64,000 nt of DNA from Leucoraja erinacea (Eukaryota): positions 31,496,001 through 31,560,000 of the forward strand of contig NC_073393.1 in assembly GCF_028641065.1 (NCBI RefSeq), read 5' to 3'. The notes below the pieces were generated by a model, which saw only the letters and a program-made list of their open reading frames with translations, did not search any database and was not told the DNA's origin. Numbering within the stretch: the first letter of the stretch is position 1; each line of letters opens with the position of its first letter. Below are positions 32,751 to 44,658 of the stretch, one piece after another. The position numbers and the translations under genes were made by a program.

Positions 32751-33053
32751 TTTTGAGTTTAGAGTTTAGAGACACAGTGTGGAAACAGGCCCTTTAGCCC
32801 ATCGAGTCCGTGCCGCCCAGCGATCACCCCATACACTTGTTCTATCCTACATATTAGGGAAAATTTACAATTTTTACAGAATCCAATTAATCAACAAACC
32901 TGCACGTCTTTGGAATGTGGGAGGAAACCAGTGCACATGGAGAAAACCTATGCAGTCACAGGGAGAACGTACAAACTCCAAACAGACAGACAGACAACCC
33001 ATGTCTCTGGCACTGTAAGGCAGCAACTGTAACGTTGCGTTACTGTGTCGCCC
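32751..33053 (-). mobile_element. V-SINE
   Basis: Tail GGAAACAGGCCC, V-domain, partly deleted head. Confidence 0.85.
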
Positions 33054-33671
33054 CTATGTCACTGTACCACCCCTAATGATGCTGCCCCTAACATTGACTT
33101 ATGTTGCTGATAGATGCCCATTAAAACACCAAGACATTTGTGGGCTATTTGTCACTTTGTGGAGTAGAGGCCAATGCAGTAGTGATATTGGAACTGCCTG
33201 GTACAGTCTCAGCTGGTTCTGCATCATCTCTTCAGCACTGCACCCAGCATGTTATCAGTTGCCATGATCTTTGCTCCTTGCTCAGCGTCCCAGCCATTTC
33301 TTGAATTGTTTGAATTGGGCTTCAAACATCATATTGACGCTTCCTACTAAAATGGTTGCAAATATATATTTGATATGTTCATATGACAGCTATATACATG
33401 TGCAGCATGTTATCACAATCTGTGCCATATGCACATTATATCAAATTTGTGGCAAAGGCTGAGGGATTTTATTATCCAGCACAACCAATGTTTTCCATGA
33501 AACAATATCTGATAAATAGCTCTGTTCCTTAATGTTATATTGTTACAATTGAAACTATGTGGCGACATGCTAATTAAGTACATGACGTAATGAAGTCATG
33601 TGATGTACTGTAAAGTGCGGGGACAGATGCAGAATAAGAAGCCTGTAGAAGCAATTAATAGTTGGAACTAT

Positions 33672-35342
33672 TCAATCAATCAATCAATCAATCAAAGACT
33701 TTATTGTCATTCAAAAATACACCAGCAAATGCAAGTCTGAATGAAATTTTGTTGCATCTGGCTCACTGTGCAACATGAAATAACAAAAGGATAAAATAGA
33801 TAAAAAGATAAAATAGATAAAAAGATAAAATAGATAATAGTGGCGGCACATTATATGGAATTCAAGAGTCTGATGGCTCGGGGAAAGAAGCTGTTGCAAA
33901 ACGTTGCCATTCTGCTCCTTAAACTGCGATACCTTTTGCCCGAGGGCAGCAGAGTGAACAGTCCATGATGAAGATGTGTGGGGTCTTTTATAATGCTGTT
34001 GGCCTTGGACAAGCAACGTTTGCACGCAATGTCCCGGATTGAGGGGAGAGAAGTCCCGATTATTTTTTCAGCCGTCCTCACCACTCTCTGCACAGACCTC
34101 CAGTCGGAGGCTTTTCAGTCCCCAAACCAGACAGAGATGCAGCTGGTCAAAATGCTCTCTATGGTGCCCCTGTAGAAAATGGTGAGGACGGGATAGGGGA
34201 GGCGAGCTCTTCTCATCCGGCGCAGAAAGTGCAACCGCTGCTGTGCTCTCTTAACTAATGATGCGATGTTTTGTGACCAGGTCAGACTGATCGTGATCTG
34301 CACCCCCAGGAACTTAGTGCTACTGACCAACTCCACATTGCTATCATTAATGTGTAGTGGTGTGTGACTGTGCCGGTTTCTTCTGAAGTCAACGATGACC
34401 TCCTTTGTTTTTACAACATTCAGGATCAGATTGTTCGTGTTGCACCAGTCCACCAGTTGTTTCACCTCCTCCCTGTAAGCCAGTTCACTGTCGTCCCGGA
34501 TAAGGCCCACCACTGTTGTGTCATCTGCGTACTTCATGATGTGGTTTGTACTAAACCTGGCACAACAGTCGTGGGTCATCAGGGTAAACAGCAGTGGACT
34601 CAGGACACAGCCTTGAGGGGAGCCGGTGCTCAGAGAGATGATGTTGCAGGTGTTGTTTCCAACCCGCACTGACTGGAGTCTGTCAGTGAGGAAGTCCAGT
34701 AGCCAGTTACACAAGGGGGTGCTGAGGCCCAATGAACCCAATTTGCTTACCAAGTGCTGAGGGATGATTGTATTGAATGCTGAACTCAAGTCCACGAACA
34801 GCATTCGCACATGTGTGTTCTTCTCCTCGAGATGTTCCAGGCTCAGATGGAGTACGGAGGATATGGCGTCTTCTGTGGAGTGGTTTAGCCTGTAAGCAAA
34901 CTGGGACGGGTCAAGTGTGGAGGGAAGTCTGGAGGTAATATGGTCCCCGACCAGCCTCTCGAAGCACTTCATCATTATGGGAGTGAGTGCTACAGGGTTT
35001 GAATGTGGTATTTCGTGCTCTCAGCATTCCACATACCTCGGGGGTCATCCAGGGTTTCTGGTTGGCCCATATAGTGATGGTCTTGGTGACACAGACATCC
35101 TCTATGTACTTTTCCATGTAAGCAGACACAGACGCAGCATCAGGTTGGTGTGTTGATTGCCAGTTGCAGCCTTCTTGAACATGTCCCAGTCCGTGCACTC
35201 AAGCAGTCCTGTATAGCTCTCTCTCTGGCTAGACCCTAACCTGCTTCACAGTAGGTTTTTCTCTGGTAAGCAGGGGCCTGTATGCAGGAATTAGCATCAC
35301 AGAGATATGGTCTGAGGAGCCAAGGTGGGGGCGGGGGTTAGC
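33672..35342 (-). mobile_element. Rex1/Babar LINE (endonuclease end + RT + C-terminus), frameshifted and internally deleted
   Basis: HLGSSDH (APE end), [37 protein letters not shown]; (ATTG)n tail. Confidence 0.93.
34115..34975 (-). pseudogene. Rex1/Babar reverse transcriptase ORF remnant (286 aa)
   Basis: Non-LTR RT motifs including YADD; frameshift at about 34115 into the 33851-34093 frame. Confidence 0.9.
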
Positions 35343-35359
35343 CTTTAGTTTCGTCGTTA

Positions 35360-35992
35360 GCTTCTCCTTTAGCTTCTCTCCATATCCCTTAACTCCACTA
35401 TCCCTACGAGCTCTAAATCTCTCTTGAAAGCATCCAGAGAACCAACTTCCACCGCCCTCTGAGGCTGAGAATTCCACAGACACACAACTCTCTGTGTTAA
35501 AAAGGTTTTTCACATCTCCGTTCTAAATGGCTTACCCCTTATTCTTAAACTGTGGCCCCTGGTTCTGGACTCCCCCAACATTGGGAACGTTTTCCTGCCT
35601 CTAGTGTGTCCAAACCCTTAACAATCTTATATGTTTCAATAAGATCCCCCATTAACCTTCTAAATTCCAGAGTATACAAGCCCAGACTGTCCAATGTATC
35701 AACATATGACAGTCACGTCATCCTGGGCATTAACCTTGTGAACGTACGCTGCACTCCCTCAATAGCAAGAATGTCCTTCCTCAAGTTTGGAGACCAAAAC
35801 TGCACACAATATTCCAGGTGTGGTCTCACTAGGGCCCTGTACAACTGCAGGAGGACCTCTTTGCTCCGATACTCAACTCATCGTGTTATGAAGGCCAACA
35901 TGCCATTCGCTTTCTGTACCTGCCTGCTGTACCTGCATGCTTACTTTCAGTGACTGATGGACAAGGACCCCCAGATCGCGTTGTACTTCCTG
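35360..35992 (-). mobile_element. CR1 ORF2 3' region
   Basis: [38 protein letters not shown] and the ORF2 end. Confidence 0.88.
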
Positions 35993-36099
35993 TACAAGGC
36001 TTTGTGATTTTTGGGACAATGTGGGAAATGGAGGCCTCCTGTTTAATTGGAGTGTGGAAAATTCCATGTGTTTAGAAGCAGCACAGGAAACAGCGGCTC

Positions 36100-37100
36100 C
36101 GTGAGCTAAGAAGGGAAATGGGTTAGTTGAGTTTAAAAGGAGCTTGTTTGTCATTAGCTTGGCAAGTTTAAACAAGAATTTTGGTTAAAACAGCATTGAG
36201 AAACTGAAAAGAAAATGCTCAGCTTGGGTAAGTAATTTAAGATTAGGTGTACGTAAATTATTTTGTTGATCTGCACAGTGAGTTAATCTAATAAGTAGCA
36301 AGGTAGGACAACTGATATTGATTCTGCGCCATGTAGGCACTGCATGATGCTCCCTGTGTTCTGGACACCCATAGTGCAGAAAGTGCCATGAGATGTAAGA
36401 ATGTCAGCCTCAGGTTTTGAAGCTTGAGCAACAGCTGACATCACTGTGGTCTGTGTATGCAGCTAAGTGTTTTGTGGATAGGGCTTTTTATAGAATAATC
36501 AGCCCCCAGTGTCAGGGAGTGCAGACAGAGCATTATGGGTGGTTGTCAGACAGGCAAAAAAAGTTGGCAGGAAGTTGAGGCGACCTTTGAGGCATCAGAC
36601 TCCTAAACTAGTTAGTATTTGGTTCTGATGGAGGAGAGGTTGCCCATGGGGAGTGCAGTTAGAACTACAGGTGGCTCAACTGTACAGAGAGGAGGAAGAG
36701 AAAGACATAATTAAAAGGGTTTTGTAGTCCGGGAAGCAGACAGAAGATTCACGCGATTATAAATTAGATTCCAGGAAGCTATGGTGCCTCCCTGGTGCCA
36801 GCATCAATGATATCATTGAGAACTGCAGAAAGGTAAGATGAGCATTCAGTGATCTGTAACAATACCGAGAAAATGAGACGAGCTCCTGCAACCAGGTATT
36901 GAGAACTTTAGGAAAGTGTTTAAGAGGCAGAACTTCAAAAGTAGTAATCTTTGGATTATTCCCAGTGTTCTGTGCCAGAGAGTACAGAAATAGGGAGATC
37001 GTATACTGTAGACGAGTAAAGAGATGGTTCAGGAATGAGGGCTTTAGATTCCTTAGGTATTGTGAGAAAAAATTGATTGGGTGGGATTTACCTTTTTTCT
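36100..37100 (+). mobile_element. Old CR1 5'UTR/ORF1 remnant
   Basis: Degraded C..C/CRKC motif region, CLPGA (TGCCTCCCTGGTGCCA), LRGRTSKVVIFGL.PV and W...EGFRF. Confidence 0.6.
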
Positions 37101-37621
37101 TTGGATAAGAGGAGGTTAAAATTGAATTGAAGTATGTAAAAGGATAAAGATTTTAGACAGGGTCAATGGGAAATGCCCTTGGATGGATGGATTCACAGGC
37201 TGTGGCGTTGTAGAGCCGTCAGCCCCACACGTGGTGCGCAGGGGATGGGCCCGCTGCTCATGCTGCTTTCATGCTGCTCGCAGTGGGGGGCGGTGCAACA
37301 AAAGCCTGGCGCCATTACCAGGCGACCGAGGTCAGGGCGAAGCAGGTGCAGTGGCGTGCGCTGCATCTGAATCCAATGCCCTAGTACTGGGCTTTGTGGC
37401 AGCCGCTGCTATCTGTGCCCAATACAACGCTCTTCAAGGGTGTTTTACAGCTTGCTATCTCCCCATACTGCCCGCAAACCGCCACCATGAATGGACACCT
37501 CAGGCCGCTTTAACCGAAATCCGTTATGTAGTGGAACGTAATTGCCAGGATTTACGGCACATTGAAACAGTACGCTGATCTGTACAAGCAGAGCTTTGAG
37601 CTACAGGAAGGTGGAATGAGC

Positions 37622-37742
37622 AGGCACAAGGAACTGCAGATGCTGGAATCTTGAGCAAAACACAAAGTGCTGGAGGAACTCAGCGGGTCATGCAACATCT
37701 GTGGGAAGTGAACAGATGGCATTTCAGATCAGGTCCCTTCTT
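37622..37742 (-). mobile_element. Penelope-like pLTR remnant
   Basis: AAGGAACTGCAGATGCTGG...GGAACTCAGCGGGTCA...TCCCTTC. Confidence 0.75.
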
Positions 37743-37844
37743 TAATATGTAATATTGTTTGGTCTCAAACCTGGACTACGTCAACACTATGGAACCAATT
37801 ACATGGCTGTTTTGGGGAGTTTTCATTACACATATTAGCTACTA

Positions 37845-37958
37845 AGATTCCTACCGTATAACAGTAGCTGCATTAAGAAGAACTGCACTGGTTGTAGAAT
37901 GCCTTTGAATGTCCTGAAGTTGTGAACGGCATTATGTAAGTGTAAAGTCTTTCTTCTT
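37845..37958 (+). mobile_element. Deu-SINE-type 3' tail relic
   Basis: CTTTGAATGTCCTGAAGTTGTGAACGGCATTATGTAAGTGTAAAGTCTTTC resembles the DeuSINE tail. Confidence 0.5.
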
Positions 37959-39034
37959 ATGTCTTTCCAAGTTTCTGCTCCTTGGAGTCCAAGACGTGGT
38001 TTGCAAAACTCTGAAGAAGAGATGAAACAACTAGCTTCAAGGCTTGCCTATAACATGAAAGATTCTGCTGTGGGTTTTCCTCCAATTGCTATATGCTCAA
38101 GAGAGGACCACAGTGTTTTGATTTTAACACAACACGGATACCAATGGGAGACTCTTGATTCAGGCCTGCAGCAGCCCCGGATGTTCAAGATTAAATAAAT
38201 TGGTAGGGTTGCACAGTGACAAGAAATTACTGAATTTTTCAATTGCACAAGATATTTGAATCTGAGAATACAAACTTTCCATTGCTGAGGCAAGACATAG
38301 GAACTGTTCAATACCAGAAACAGTGCATTCAATGAATAGTGTGTAGCATATCAACACGATATTTCTATGAGAACTTACCTCTCCATTGTGCTCTTGGCTG
38401 GATGCACAATGGATACGCAAAGGAACAGACCGTGTAAAATAGTCAACCTTCAAAGCAGCATTGTATTGAGCAGAGTAAAACAGCCAAGTTGCAGTTCCAA
38501 TTTATGGGGTGATGGGCACAGTGAAAGCCACAGAGTCATACAGCACAGATAAAGGCCCTTCGGCCCAACTAATTTAAACTGTCCAGAGTAAGATCTCAGT
38601 CGTTGGATTGGAGCATCTAGTGAGGTTGGGCTAATTGGCTGTTGGTGTGGGGATGGGCAGAACTGGTGAAATGTTAATTGTACATATGCAAAACCACAAA
38701 CTTAGAAATAGACATGACAATCATATATATTAGGGACCACAGACTTAAGGTACTTTGGATATGGAATGACTTGGTAAGTCAGGTATTAAGATATTTAATA
38801 AATGTCATATGATTTTTTTTTTAAATGTCAATAATTTATATTAAGAGAACTTGATTGCTGAATCTGATTGCTGGGATACTGAAGACTACATCTTTGTAAG
38901 GATCTTGGTGGTGATCTATATCTCTGCAGCTGGCAGAGGTGGCCCCATTTTGTTTTTCAAGGTACAAGATTTAATTTTGCATGCATGGGTTGGGTAAAAC
39001 ATGATACTTAGATAGATGATATACATGATAGATT

Positions 39035-39265
39035 GCGAGGTCTAGTCTCAAAAACCTTATTGCGTTTTTGGAGGAGATGACAAAGATGATTGATGAAGGT
39101 AGGGTAGTGGATGTTGTCCGCATTTGCCTTAGGTGAAGCATTTGATAAGGTCCCTTTCGGTGGGCTGGTCCCTAAGATTAAATCATATGGGATCAATGGT
39201 AAATTGGTAAGTTGGGTACAAGATTGGTTTAGTTGTAGAAGGCAAAAGGTACTGGTGGAAGATAT
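39035..39265 (+). mobile_element. Old CR1 RT fragment
   Basis: IDEGRVVDVV...AFDKVP...KIKSYGINGKLVSWVQDW...RRQKV. Confidence 0.8.
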
Positions 39266-39789
39266 TTATTTTTGATGGGGCAGTGAATAAGACAATCATG
39301 TTGCCTTTAAAGGAATGAAATTCCATTTCAGGTCCTGTCAATCTATACCTTTTTCCAATGTAGGGAAGTACTAAGGCAGCGCGTGGGTTGATATGTGTGG
39401 ATCTGACCTCCAGTATATTCCCTATTTCCAGCCTGATATGTGCAGGTCAGACTTCTGGAAAGCACTGTCATGTAAGCCACAACTCATTCTTTATGAACCT
39501 AATGGCTGGCCATCAGAGCATGCTCACAACTTATTTACTTTACAGAGCAACGATAATATATCGAGAGAGTTAATAGAGGGAGCCATGAGATATCTTGCTT
39601 TGAAACAAGACCATCGGCTCAACCTGTCGATAGTAACCAAGTTGACGTTCTAGGCTCATCTCATTTCCTGCCTTTAGTCCATATCCCTTCTTGAGTACCC
39701 CTCATAGCACAGGAATCCCAAGACAGTGTTGTGGCCTTCCTTAAAGTGAATCTGCAAAAACCAACTGGCCCAGATGGAGTTCACAGCAT

Positions 39790-39915
39790 GTATAGTGGAT
39801 TTCTTCCGGAAGCTCCAGTTTTCTCCCATATTGTGTGGGTTTGTAGGTCAATTGGCCTTTGTAAATTGCCCTTTGTGCCTATGGAGTGGATGAGAAATTG
39901 GGATAGCAGAGAACT
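39790..39915 (+). mobile_element. Partial older V-SINE
   Basis: Degenerate V-domain followed by GTTTGTAGGTCAATTGGCC...GTAAATTGCCC. Confidence 0.6.
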
Positions 39916-40179
39916 AAGAGGGACTTTGGGATTTCCTTGCATTAACACAGCGATTCTGCAATCATCTCCAATATTTCAGTGCACTCATGCAGAGTGTGTT
40001 GTTCCCCATCACGATCGAGGGAAATCACTTGAGCTCACGTGAAATTACCCTACTTACAAAATAGCCGTGGTTTAAAATACCTGTAAATCTCACCATCCGT
40101 GACTTAAAGATTAATTAAGTTTAAATGTGATATTAAGTCATAATTACTGTTTGGAGCCAAAGTAAGTAACTTTAATGTT

Positions 40180-40300
40180 ATAGAAACAGAGTGATGCAGA
40201 TGCTGGTTAATACACAAAAGGACACAAAGGGTCTCGACTCAAAAACGTCCCCTATCCATGTTCTCCAGAGATGCTGCCTGACATGCTGCACTTTGTGCCT
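40180..40300. mobile_element. Penelope-like inverted junction remnant
   Basis: Minus pLTR end (GCAGATGCTGG...GACACAAAG) joined to plus GGTCTCGACTCAAAACGTC...GATGCTGCCTGAC. Confidence 0.7.
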
Positions 40301-40302
40301 AC

Positions 40303-40785
40303 AGGGCCTGTCCCACTTGCATGCGATTGCATGCGTTTGGCACAACCAAACGTTGTCGCTTGAGGCGTACGGGCACCATATGGCCGCGCGGGGCTGGTCC
40401 CACTTAGAAGCGCGGAGTTGTGCGGGGTTGGTCCTGACATTACGTGGGGCTCCGAAAATCTGACAGTGTCCGAAATCTTCACGCAAGCGCATTGTGGTCG
40501 TACACAGCGTCTTGACGCCGTACGCAGTATCTTGATGATGTACGCAGCATCTTGACGGTGTATGCCTAGCATGTGGCGTTGCGCGATGACGTCACCACCC
40601 GGCGTGGCGTTGCGTGATGACGTCATCGTCCGATGCCCAAATTCAGTTGGCCCGCCTCCTGCCCAGCTGATTAGTAAGTATAACGCAAATTACATCACGC
40701 GCGAACTTAGCGCGTACTTACCGCATACTTGGCGCGTACTTAGCGCGAACTTTGCGTGAACTCCGCTTCCGTTTGGTCGAGCCAG
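40303..40785. mobile_element. Harbinger-like MITE, right end lost; CpG-rich
   Basis: Left TIR AGGGCCTGTCCCACTT; internal short tandem repeats; two TGACGTCA motifs. Confidence 0.7.
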
Positions 40786-40885
40786 GTGTGTAGGAGAGTG
40801 CTAGTGTGCGGAGTTCGCTGGTCAGCGAGGACTCGGTGGGCTGAAGGGCCTGTTTCCGCACTACATCTCTGAACCATCCTAAACA
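40786..40885 (+). mobile_element. V-SINE 3' fragment
   Basis: GTGTGTAGGAGAGTGCTAGTG...GGGCTGAAGGGCCTGTTTCCG. Confidence 0.8.
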
Positions 40886-42076
40886 TTGGTGGGCGGCACT
40901 GGTTTGTCATAGACCACATTTTCTAGTCTCAACCTCAAAAGTTTTACAATTACTCATTGCCTACGCCAAATGGTGGGAACCCATTTTTCTTTTTGAAATA
41001 TCAACCTAATTTCAGCATGCCGTCATTAGCACCGTATTTACTTCAGAATAAAGTATACGGAACCTCACCCAGTAACTAAAGGCTATGCCCAAAGCACATG
41101 ACACACATGGGATACATATTGATAGATCTTTAAACAAGTAGTCATTTTTCCAACGTGATGAATTAGGCTGGCTGCTAAAACATTGCCAGAGGTTTCAAGT
41201 AAATTACTTTGTTCTTCTGAAAATGCGACTACAGAGAGTTTGGAAATGTCATACTCCCACAAGAAAACCTCTGGTGAATGTTGGGTTACATTATGCAGGG
41301 AGAAGGCATTGAAACATTCTTCAATGAACTGAAAGGTGAATAATAATAAAAGGTGAAAATTAATATTTGAAATACCTGTATTAGCAAGGGAACACTCAAA
41401 GACATTCCTCTCTATCCAACATAAGAGATAAAAAAAATGTGTGCTTCAAACAGGCTAAAGATGTTGAAATGACTACATCAAAGTCTGAATGAGTTCATTC
41501 TTGGGAGTTAATTATCCCAGCATCAATTTGATTCTGTATCAAAATATAGTCCCTGTGTAGACTTTGGATGAATAATAAAACAATTATTTTTACAAGTAAC
41601 AAGCAGTTAAAAGATTTGGATGGTTTTGATTTATGATTATTATTTTTATCACTACCACGTACTGAAACACAGTGGATAACTGTGTCTTGCATGCTATCCA
41701 GTCAAATCATGCCATCCATGAGTACAATCAAGCCTTGCATGTGCAACAGATAATAATAACCAGAGTGCAGAATATTATGCTACAATATTATAGAATTGGT
41801 ATCGTAGTAGAATGCTTGCCATCTGTATATGGGCATTCTTCAAGACACTATAACACTGATTTACAATCAACAATGGTTGGGGTGGAGAGAAAATGCAGAG
41901 GGGGGATGGTGTAATAGAGCAGATAATGGGGGGGGAGGGGGGGTAAATAAAGCAGAACACATGTAATATGATTATTTGGATTACATAACTTAGATAATGA
42001 ACATTAGAAGAGACACAAGATGAACAAGGAGATGAACAAGCAAAATGAAGCACATCAATTCCTAGACCAGGAATTG

Positions 42077-42252
42077 CACAAGGAATTGCAGATGTTGGTT
42101 TACAACAAAAGTCACAAAGTGCTGGAGTAACTCAATGGGTCAGGCAGCATCTCCGGAGAACGTCTGAAGAAGTGTCCTGGCCCGAAACGTCACCTATCCA
42201 TGTTCTCCGGTGATGGTGTCTGACACGTTGAATTACTCCAGCACTTTGTGTC
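42077..42252. mobile_element. Palindromic Penelope-like unit
   Basis: Minus arm to GGAGAAC|GTCTGAAGAAGTGTCCTGGCCCGAAACGTCACC, then plus arm. Confidence 0.78.
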
Positions 42253-42391
42253 AATTCATACGCCAGCACAGATTAACGTCAAAACAGTGATGATAATTAT
42301 GAATGAAACTTTGGGACATTATATATTTAATTCTTTGTTTTTGTTTTTGTTTTTTTGGACAATAGTAGTTAGACTTCTCTACTAATTCATG

Positions 42392-42530
42392 TTCATAAGT
42401 GATAGTAGTGGAAGTAAGTCATTCAGTCCATCAAGTCTATTCCGCTATTCAATCATGGCTAATTTAACTTTCCTCCTCAATCCCATTCTCCTGCCTTCTC
42501 CCCGTAACTCCCGACACCCGTACTAATCAC
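42392..42530 (-). mobile_element. CR1 3'UTR fragment
   Basis: ATTCAATCATGGCT...CCCATTCTCCTGCCTTCTCCCC. Confidence 0.75.
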
Positions 42531-42534
42531 CCTG

Positions 42535-42680
42535 TTTTGTGGTGAGTAGTCGCCCAAAGAGTCGTACCTTTTTCTGGTCGCCGCTGGATTTTCAACATGT
42601 TGAAAATTTTCGGCAACCTGCTGCAACTGTGACAGGTACTGGCAAGTCGCTGAAAAAATCGTGTAAGTGGGACAGGCCCT
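42535..42680. mobile_element. Harbinger-like MITE right end
   Basis: AAGTGGGACAGGCCCT followed by TAA; TTTTCAACATGTTGAAAA palindrome is also seen in variant form in 44396-45082. Confidence 0.7.
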
Positions 42681-42683
42681 TAA

Positions 42684-43070
42684 CTATCATATGTACCGAC
42701 ACCCGAACGGTGAAACTTGCAGCATCTTAACAGGCCTGTAAACACCATACTTATATGTAACGCAATAATAAACAAACAAAAATCAATAAATTAATAACCC
42801 CAATACTAATGCAAAAAATCCCAAAGTCCTTAGTACAACCAAGGATAGTCCATGTTTCATAGTTTAGTTAATGTTTCGTAGTGTTCAAGAGACTAACGGT
42901 TGTTGGGAAGAAGCTATTCCCTAACCTGGTGATCATGGTTTTCAGACTCCTGTACCTTCTTCCAGAGGGTAGGAGTGCAATGAGAACCTGGCCAGGCTGG
43001 TGTGGGTCTCTGACGATGCTGGTTGCTTTTTTTGAGGCAGTGTCTCCAGTAGTTCCCTTTGATGGTGGAG
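42684..43070 (-). mobile_element. Rex1-type 3' fragment
   Basis: Minus-strand LPSGRRYRSLKT..TR..NSFFP region and 3'UTR. Confidence 0.75.
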
Positions 43071-43134
43071 AAGGAATTTAACTCCCAAATTGGATTTAAT
43101 GGAAATTGAACAGGTGACCGAGGAGTTTTGACGT

Positions 43135-43245
43135 TGAAACAAGGAACTGCAGATGCTGCAGCATAAAGCCTGAAAAGTCACCTATCCATGTCCTCCAGAG
43201 ATGCTGCCTGAGCTGCAAAGTTATTCCAGCACTTTGTGCCTTTTG
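43135..43245. mobile_element. Penelope-like inverted remnant
   Basis: AAGGAACTGCAGATGCTG | GTCACCTATCCATG...GATGCTGCCTGA. Confidence 0.65.
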
Positions 43246-43336
43246 CACACTGACATGTTGGTGGGCAAAAAAAACGAATGTAATATTAAGAATGCGGGTA
43301 GTGTTTGGGGCATTCTACGGCAGCCTGCGGTTGGGG

Positions 43337-43646
43337 TTAGTTTAGATTAGTTTAGAGATACAGCACAGAAACTGGCCCGTCAGCCCACTGAGACCATGCT
43401 GACCAGCAATCCCCCTACACTAACACTATCCTACACACAAGAGGGACAATTTGCCACCGAAGCCAATTAACCTACAAACCTGTACATGTTCAGAATGTGG
43501 GAGGAAACCGGAGCACACGGGGAAAACCCACGGAGTCATGGGAAGAACGTACAGACTCCGTACAGATAGCGCCTGTAGTCAAGATCGAACCCGGGTCTCT
43601 GGCACTGTAAGGCAGCAATTCTACCGCTGCGCCACAGTACCGCCCC
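43337..43646 (-). mobile_element. V-SINE
   Basis: Full-length, minus strand. Confidence 0.9.
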
Positions 43647-43762
43647 TGAGTTAGTGAGGTAGCAGTCAGAATAGGAAAGGCTGACATCTCTGTGCATGAC
43701 CTCTCCTCACGAAGCAATACATTATAATTGCCCGGAGGGGCATCTTTTCTTGCTAATCTGCT

Positions 43763-44077
43763 GTCATGGTGACGCTGTGGTGGAGTTGCTGCCTTACAGC
43801 GAATGCAGCGCTGGAGATCCGGGTTTGACTCTGACTACGGGTGCTGTCTGTACACAGTTTTTATGTTCTCCCCGTGACCTGCGTGGGTTTTCTCCGAGAT
43901 CTTCGGTTTCCTCCCACACTCCAAAGACGTACAGGTTTGTAGGTTAATTACAGCTTGGGAAATGTAAAAATTGTCGTGTGTAGGATAGTGATAATGTGCG
44001 GGGATTGCAGGTCAGCGTGGATCCGTTGGGCTGTAGGGCCTGTTTCTGCACTGTATCTCTAAACTAAACTAAATCTA
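43763..44077 (+). mobile_element. V-SINE (head-to-head with the previous copy)
   Basis: Full-length; has the 10-nt head insertion and the CCGAGATCTTCGG subtype. Confidence 0.9.
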
Positions 44078-44139
44078 ATACTCATGAAAACGATTTCAAC
44101 TCTGCCAGGCACGAAAATAACACCCGAACGATGAAACTC

Positions 44140-44248
44140 GTTTCAGGTCGAGACTAAAGAAAGATCTCGATCCAAAATGTCACCTATTTCTTTTCTCCAG
44201 AGATGCTGTCTGACCCATTGAGTTACTCCAGCTTTTTGTGTCTATTTG
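44140..44248 (+). mobile_element. Penelope-like pLTR remnant with short inverted leader
   Basis: GTTTCAGGTCGAGAC | AAAGAAAGATCTCGATCCAAAATGTCACC...GAGTTACTCCAGC. Confidence 0.7.
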
Positions 44249-44395
44249 GGTGAGATCTTATTGTGAGCATTAAATGCACTACACTAAATTGGAAGAAATA
44301 CAAGTCCATCACCTGAAAGAGCAACGCAGATGGTGGGAAGGGAAGAATGAAAAATGGGCAGTGCAGCATCTCCTGTAGAAATGCAGCAAGTGTAA

Positions 44396-44612
44396 AGGGG
44401 CTGTCCCACTGCGGTGACATAATCTGCGAGTTCAGAAGAGTGTCTTTGGCCTTCAAGCTCGAGGGCACTCGCCTGGAAAACCTCGAGCTGGATCGAGGCA
44501 CGGTGAAACTTGCACATATACACAAGTCAGACAAAGGCGGGGGCCAATAGAGTCTGAAATTCACACCCGCGGAAGCATTTGGCTGCACAGTGTACGGTAA
44601 GTCCCTACCAAA

Positions 44613-44658
<46 letters not shown>

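Noticed and set aside
40303-42680. One 2.4-kb Harbinger element bounded by matching TIRs at 40303 and 42680
   Set aside because: Only the terminal ~16 nt match, subterminal sequences belong to different MITE types, flanks differ (TAC vs TAA), and no transposase lies between; more likely two truncated MITEs.
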